From Candidatus Latescibacterota bacterium (lineage in GTDB: Bacteria > Latescibacterota > UBA2968 > GCA-2709665), in assembly GCA_963667175.2 (NCBI GenBank), contig CAXXXF010000015.1:352001-416000 (forward strand): DNA of 64,000 nt. Reading direction: 5' to 3'. Position 1 is the first letter of the stretch. Each line of letters begins with the position of its first letter. Below are positions 59,492 through 64,000 of this stretch, in pieces. The translations under genes and the position numbers were made by a program. The notes below the pieces were generated by a model. The model was not told the DNA's origin and ran no database searches. It was given only the letters and a program-made list of their open reading frames with translations.

Positions 59492-61371
59492 TGTCCTTTC
59501 TCCGATTCCAACTGTTCTGCGATCTGTTCCGCGAGCCGATCTCCGATGCCCTCCACCGCCGCGAGTTCCGATGCGCCCGCCACCAGGATCTTCTTCATCG
59601 ACCCGAAGTGCGTCAGCAGCGCCTTTCGCCGGGCCGGACCCACGCCATCGAGCTCATCCAGCCGGGAAGCCAGGGTTCGTTTCTGCCTCAGCTTCCGGTG
59701 ATAGGCGACCGCGAACCGGTGCGATTCATCCCGGACGGCCTGCAGCAGCTTGAGCGCCGCCGAGACCTTCGGGATATTCTGCGGCGCCGGGCAGCCGGGC
59801 AGGAAGACGTCTTCCAGGCGCTTCGCCAGGCCGATGACGGGCTGATTCTGTACGCCCGCCTCATGCAACGCCGCAACGGCGCTGGAAAGCTGCCCCTTCC
59901 CTCCGTCGATCAGCAGCAGATCGGGAAACGCCCGCCCCTCCTCCATCAGGCGCTTGAAGCGCCGCGTCACCACCTGCCGCATCATCGCGAAGTCGTCGGG
60001 CCCTTCGACGCCCGTAATCCTGAAGTGCCTGTATTCGGACTTCCGCGGCCGGCCATCCACGAAGCACACCAGCGACGCCACGGGATCCGAACCCTGGAAA
60101 TTCGAGACGTCCATGGCCTCGATCCGCTTCGGGGGACGCTCGAGGCGCAGGTCGCGCTGGAGCGCGGCGACGGCGGCCGGCGCCTGGGACCGCCTGTTTT
60201 CCCGCCGCAACCGGCGCTCGCTGAGCAACAGCGCGGCGTTGTTCTCGGCCATCTTCACCAGCCGCGCCTTGTCGCCCCGCTGCGGCACGCGGATTTCCAC
60301 AAGACCGCCGGCCCGCCCGCGCAACCAATCGAGGACGGTCTCGCGGGACTCGACGTCGCACGGCAGGCAGATCTCCTCCGGCACGAACGAGGCGGTCAGA
60401 TAGAGCAACTGCACGAAGGCGCCGACCACCTCGGCCATGGGCGCGTCGAGTACGCCGCCGAGGAAATAGTGCTGACGTCCGATCAGCCGTCCTTCCCGGA
60501 CCTCCATCACCACGCAGCAGGCTTCGTCGTCTTCCCTGGCAACCGCGATCGTGTCCCAGTCCTTCTGTTCCGGGGACACCACCTTCTGGCGGTTGGTCGT
60601 CTGCTCCAGGTCCCTCAGACGGTCCCGGTACACCGCGGCCTCTTCGAAATGCCGCCCGGCCGCCGCCTGCCGCATGCGTTCCTTCAGCGCGGCCACGACC
60701 TGGGTGTGGCGTCCGGTCAGAAACAGCACCGCCTCCCGTACGATCTTGCGGTACTCCGCGGCCGCAATCAGCCCCTCGCAGGGGCCGTCGCATCGTTTGA
60801 TCTCGTAGTCCAGGCACAGACGGACGTTGTCCGCCGGCAGCGCATAGTCGCAACTGCGGACCCGGAACAGCCGGTGCATCGTTTCCAGGGTCCGGCGCAG
60901 GGCCTTCACGTCCGTATAGGGGCCCAGATAACGCGACCCGTCCTTGACCACGTCGCGCGTGAACGTGATCCGGGGAAACGGCTCATCGCTAATCCTGATA
61001 AAGGGGTATTTCTTGTCGTCTTTCAGATTGATATTGTACCGGGGCTTGTGCTCCTTGACCAGATTGGCCTCCAGAATCAGGGCCTCCACCTCGGTATCCG
61101 CGACAATGTATTCCAGGTCTCTCACGTTGCGCACGAGCGCCCGGAACTGCCGCCGGCCGTCGTCGGCGTTGGACCGGATGTACGACTGCGCGCGGCTTCG
61201 GAGGCACTTGGCCTTTCCGATGTAGATGATCCGCCCCTGTTCGTCCTTCAACAGATAGACGCCGGGTTCCCGGGGCATATGCGCCACAATCTCGTTCAGG
61301 CGCCGGCGCACGGCCTTGCGGGTCATCTTCACCGGCGCGGCGCCGCGATGATCGGATCCCGAATTCATCAT
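59488..61371 (-). CDS. uvrC: Excinuclease ABC subunit C
   Basis: GIY-YIG PGVY...IYIGKA, KPRYNINLKDDKKYP, DGGKGQL and HhH tail; start approximate. Confidence 0.96.
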   Translation of the reverse strand: MMNSGSDHRGAAPVKMTRKAVRRRLNEIVAHMPREPGVYLLKDEQGRIIYIGKAKCLRSRAQSYIRSNADDGRRQFRALVRNVRDLEYIVADTEVEALILEANLVKEHKPRYNINLKDDKKYPFIRISDEPFPRITFTRDVVKDGSRYLGPYTDVKALRRTLETMHRLFRVRSCDYALPADNVRLCLDYEIKRCDGPCEGLIAAAEYRKIVREAVLFLTGRHTQVVAALKERMRQAAAGRHFEEAAVYRDRLRDLEQTTNRQKVVSPEQKDWDTIAVAREDDEACCVVMEVREGRLIGRQHYFLGGVLDAPMAEVVGAFVQLLYLTASFVPEEICLPCDVESRETVLDWLRGRAGGLVEIRVPQRGDKARLVKMAENNAALLLSERRLRRENRRSQAPAAVAALQRDLRLERPPKRIEAMDVSNFQGSDPVASLVCFVDGRPRKSEYRHFRITGVEGPDDFAMMRQVVTRRFKRLMEEGRAFPDLLLIDGGKGQLSSAVAALHEAGVQNQPVIGLAKRLEDVFLPGCPAPQNIPKVSAALKLLQAVRDESHRFAVAYHRKLRQKRTLASRLDELDGVGPARRKALLTHFGSMKKILVAGASELAAVEGIGDRLAEQIAEQLESEKGQ

Positions 61372-61405
61372 CCATGCCCTCTGCGCGGCCACTCCGCAAC
61401 TTCCA

Positions 61406-61900
61406 TCATAAGTCCAGAATCTCGACCTGCAGGCGCTGCAGATCCAGCAACCCGACCGTGGACCGGCCGGTGACCCAGCCGCCCGCCTCTCCGGGATTCA
61501 CCACCAGGGTTTCGCCGTGACGAACGTCGATCTCATGGGTATGGCCGTATACGATCACGTCGTAGGCGCCGCTTGCGGCCAGCGCGTCCACTTCATCGGG
61601 CTCGTGCATCAGCAGCAGCCGCCTGCCCTGGCAGTCGAACGCATGGGGCGCCCGGTGGATGGGCCCCAGCGGCTCGAACTGGGCGCGAAGACCGAACCTC
61701 TCGCCGTCGTTATTGCCGAAAACGCCCACCATGGGCGCGTTCAGGCCCGCCATCCACCTGGCGTTGAAGGGCGCGATGAAATCCCCGGCGTGCGCCACGA
61801 GCCCCACTTCGTTCTCATTGAACAGGGTCACCGACTTCTCCACCGAAATCCGGTTGTCGTGCGTGTCGGCGATCAGTCCCACCAGATGCGCGTGTGCCAT
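61406..61900 (-). CDS. Metallophosphoesterase (YfcE/MJ0936 family)
   Basis: ADTHDN, HAGD, GNND, GHTH and NPGE. Confidence 0.9.
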   Translation of the reverse strand: MAHAHLVGLIADTHDNRISVEKSVTLFNENEVGLVAHAGDFIAPFNARWMAGLNAPMVGVFGNNDGERFGLRAQFEPLGPIHRAPHAFDCQGRRLLLMHEPDEVDALAASGAYDVIVYGHTHEIDVRHGETLVVNPGEAGGWVTGRSTVGLLDLQRLQVEILDL

Positions 61901-61992
61901 GGAAACCGTCCGTCGGTTTGCGGGTTGCGATGATTGTCGACTCGAAGCGGGCGCGGCGCCGGGGGCCGCGGGTGCATCCTGGAATCTAGACA

Positions 61993-62021
61993 AACTTACG
62001 TCCCTCCCGCGGTTTTGTCAA
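61993..62021 (-). promoter_or_regulatory. Putative sigma70 promoter of the phosphoesterase-uvrC operon
   Basis: TTGACA-17 nt-TAAGTT on the minus strand. Confidence 0.55.
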
Positions 62022-62094
62022 CCGATGGGCGCGCGTTACGGAGACGCCCGGCAGTTGACCATCGGCACTCATGTCGTAACTGAGCGCAGTGAGT

Positions 62095-62192
62095 GACACC
62101 CCCCACCGCATCAGCCTTCGCCTGACGGCTCGGCTTCTGCCTGCCTGTCCTGCGGACGCAGGCAGGCGACTCCCCCTCGAGGGGGGAGTGAT
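62095..62192. repeat. REP-like element (ACTCCCCCTCGAGGGGGGAGT) carrying a 27-nt mini-hairpin
   Basis: Palindrome at ~62169-62189; CCTGCCTG...CAGGCAGG at 62140-62166. Confidence 0.65.
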
Positions 62193-62351
62193 GCGTACGT
62201 CGCAACATGACTGCTAATCGCGTGGCGCCTTTGGGACAGGTTTATGTTGACAAGGTCGATAGATTATGTGAATTTTGGGACCGTCCATAACGTGGGCGGG
62301 AGTCGGGGCGGCACGGTAGTCGTCCCGACCGCCGTTAAAGAGGAACATTCG

Positions 62352-63281
62352 ATGCCGGTTTTGAAAATCGCGCTGCCGTCCGGCAGCCTCCGGGATGCCA
62401 CCCTCGATCTGTTCGCGAACGCCGGCTATCGCATTCTCGCCAACCACAGGTCCTACACGCCGTCGATCGACGATCCGGACCTGGAGGGCCTGTTCCTGCG
62501 CGCGCAGGAAATCGCCCATTACGTGGAGCGGGGCGTGCTCGACGTCGGCCTGACCGGCAAAGACTGGATCCTGGAGAACGACGCAGACGTTGTCGAGGTT
62601 GCGGAACTCCCGTACAGCAAATCCACCGCGCGGTCTGCGCGCTGGGTCATCGCCGTGCCGGAGGAATCTCCGGTTCGCGCGGTGAACGACCTCCAGGGGA
62701 AGCGCATTGCGACCGAACTGGTCAACGTGACCCGGAGATTTCTCCGGGAACGGGGCGTACAGGCCGAGGTGGAGTTCTCCTGGGGGTCCACGGAAGCCAA
62801 GGTCCGCACGGCGGGCGTGCCGCACGGCAGGGAAAACGCGGAGGACGACAGGCCCTACGAGCCGGGGCTGGTGGACGCCATTGTGGAACTCACCGAAACC
62901 GGCTCTTCGATCCGGGCCAACAAGCTTCGGGTCGTGGACGACCTGCTGGAAACCACCCCCCGCTTCATTGCCAACAAGAGCGCGTGGGACGACCCCTGGA
63001 AACGGGAAAAAGCGCAGAACGTCGCCACGCTGCTGGTGGGCGCCTTCCAGGCGGAAGACAAGGTGGGCCTCAAGATGAACGTCCGCCGCAAAGACCTGGA
63101 TGCGGTTGTCGGGCTGCTTCCGGCGCTGAACAACCCCACCGTCTCGAATCTGCTGGACGGCGACTGGGTGGCCGTGGAGGTCGTCGTTGACGAACGCGTC
63201 GTGCGCGACACGGTGCCGCTGCTGAAGAACAAGGGCGCCGAAGGCATTATCGAATACCCTTTGAACAAAGTGATCTACTGA
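62352..63281 (+). CDS. hisG: ATP phosphoribosyltransferase (long form)
   Basis: LKIALPSGSL, RAQEI, DVGLTGKDW, DAIVELTETGSS and C-terminal regulatory domain. Confidence 0.95.
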   Translation: MPVLKIALPSGSLRDATLDLFANAGYRILANHRSYTPSIDDPDLEGLFLRAQEIAHYVERGVLDVGLTGKDWILENDADVVEVAELPYSKSTARSARWVIAVPEESPVRAVNDLQGKRIATELVNVTRRFLRERGVQAEVEFSWGSTEAKVRTAGVPHGRENAEDDRPYEPGLVDAIVELTETGSSIRANKLRVVDDLLETTPRFIANKSAWDDPWKREKAQNVATLLVGAFQAEDKVGLKMNVRRKDLDAVVGLLPALNNPTVSNLLDGDWVAVEVVVDERVVRDTVPLLKNKGAEGIIEYPLNKVIY

Positions 63282-64000
63282 TGATCGACCTTGTCGTTCA
63301 CGATGCGAAGAATCCGCCCCCGAGACTCCAGGCCATCCTCTCCCGGACCACCGATTTCGAGCCCGATTTGCTGGCCTCGGCGCAGGAGGTCGTCCGGGAC
63401 GTGAGAGAACGCGGGGACGACGCGGTCCTGGAATATACCCGGCAATTCGACGGCGTGGAACTCGACGCGGGCCGGATGCGGGTGACCGGGGCGGAAATCG
63501 AAGCCGCTTACCGCGGCACGGACCCGGACCTGATCAGGACCATCACCGCCGCGGCGGACAACATCCGGCGGTTTCACGAGGCGCAAAGGCAGACGTCCTG
63601 GTTCATCGAAGACGGCGACGGCGTGGTGCTCGGCAGACGCGTGCTCCCCATCGAGCAGGTCGGCATTCTCATCCCCGGCGCCAGCGCTCCGCTTTTCTCC
63701 ACGCTTTTGATGGCCGCCATTCCCGCCGGAATCGCGGGCGTGACGCGAATCTGCATGGCCACGCCCCCGCGGCCGGACGGGTCCGTGCATCCCGCCGTAC
63801 TCGCGGCCGCGCAACTCGTGGGCGTCAAAGAAATCTACCGGGTTTTCGGCGCCCAGGCCGTTGCCGCCATGGCCTACGGCACCGCCTCCATCCCCAGGGT
63901 GGACAAACTCGTGGGCCCCGGCCACCCCTCCGTCCAGATCGCCAAAAAGCTGGTCTTCGGGACGGTCGACGTCGACATGGTTGCCGGCCCCAGCGAGATC
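63281..64000 (+). CDS. hisD: Histidinol dehydrogenase, 5' part (runs off the window)
   Basis: TGATG coupling to hisG; VRERGDDAVLEYTRQFD, GAQAVAAMAYGT, VGPG and DMVAGPSEI. Confidence 0.95.
   Translation, partial: MIDLVVHDAKNPPPRLQAILSRTTDFEPDLLASAQEVVRDVRERGDDAVLEYTRQFDGVELDAGRMRVTGAEIEAAYRGTDPDLIRTITAAADNIRRFHEAQRQTSWFIEDGDGVVLGRRVLPIEQVGILIPGASAPLFSTLLMAAIPAGIAGVTRICMATPPRPDGSVHPAVLAAAQLVGVKEIYRVFGAQAVAAMAYGTASIPRVDKLVGPGHPSVQIAKKLVFGTVDVDMVAGPSEI

Noticed and set aside
63301-63330. Suspected frameshift at the C-run near the hisD start
   Set aside because: Recounting shows the frame is continuous (NPPPRLQ).

Overview
High-GC bacterial chromosomal segment. Gene content (UBact, FlgD-Ig C-terminal domains, paired EF-hand/dockerin-like tails) points to an FCB-group candidate lineage such as Latescibacterota/Handelsmanbacteria; this is an inference. 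It holds a UBact-proteasome locus (arc, dop, ubact, prcB, prcA, 5' part of pafA), a secreted zinc peptidase, msrP, two paralogous S-layer-like giant proteins (one frameshifted in a G6 run) and a four-copy array of small coiled-coil membrane proteins. Housekeeping blocks are the ispE-tRNA-Gln-rplY-pth-hppA-rpsF-rpsR-rplI run, a TPR/sigma54-regulator/degP block, a uvrC-ogt-xerD-glycosylation operon and hisG-hisD. Small AT-richer accessory genes are scattered between them: two ABC-type ATPase defence-like modules, Uma2, DUF559, an orphan proteasome-like Ntn hydrolase and TA remnants. Most intergenic spaces are filled with modular palindromic and short-period repeats. The most unusual signal is a family of 20-33 nt hairpin elements with CCTGCCTG...CAGGCAGG ends. 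They sit at G|C junctions, nest inside each other and inside other repeats, and have inserted in frame three times at one site of a TPR gene. All product calls come from recognising motifs by eye; no database searches were run.
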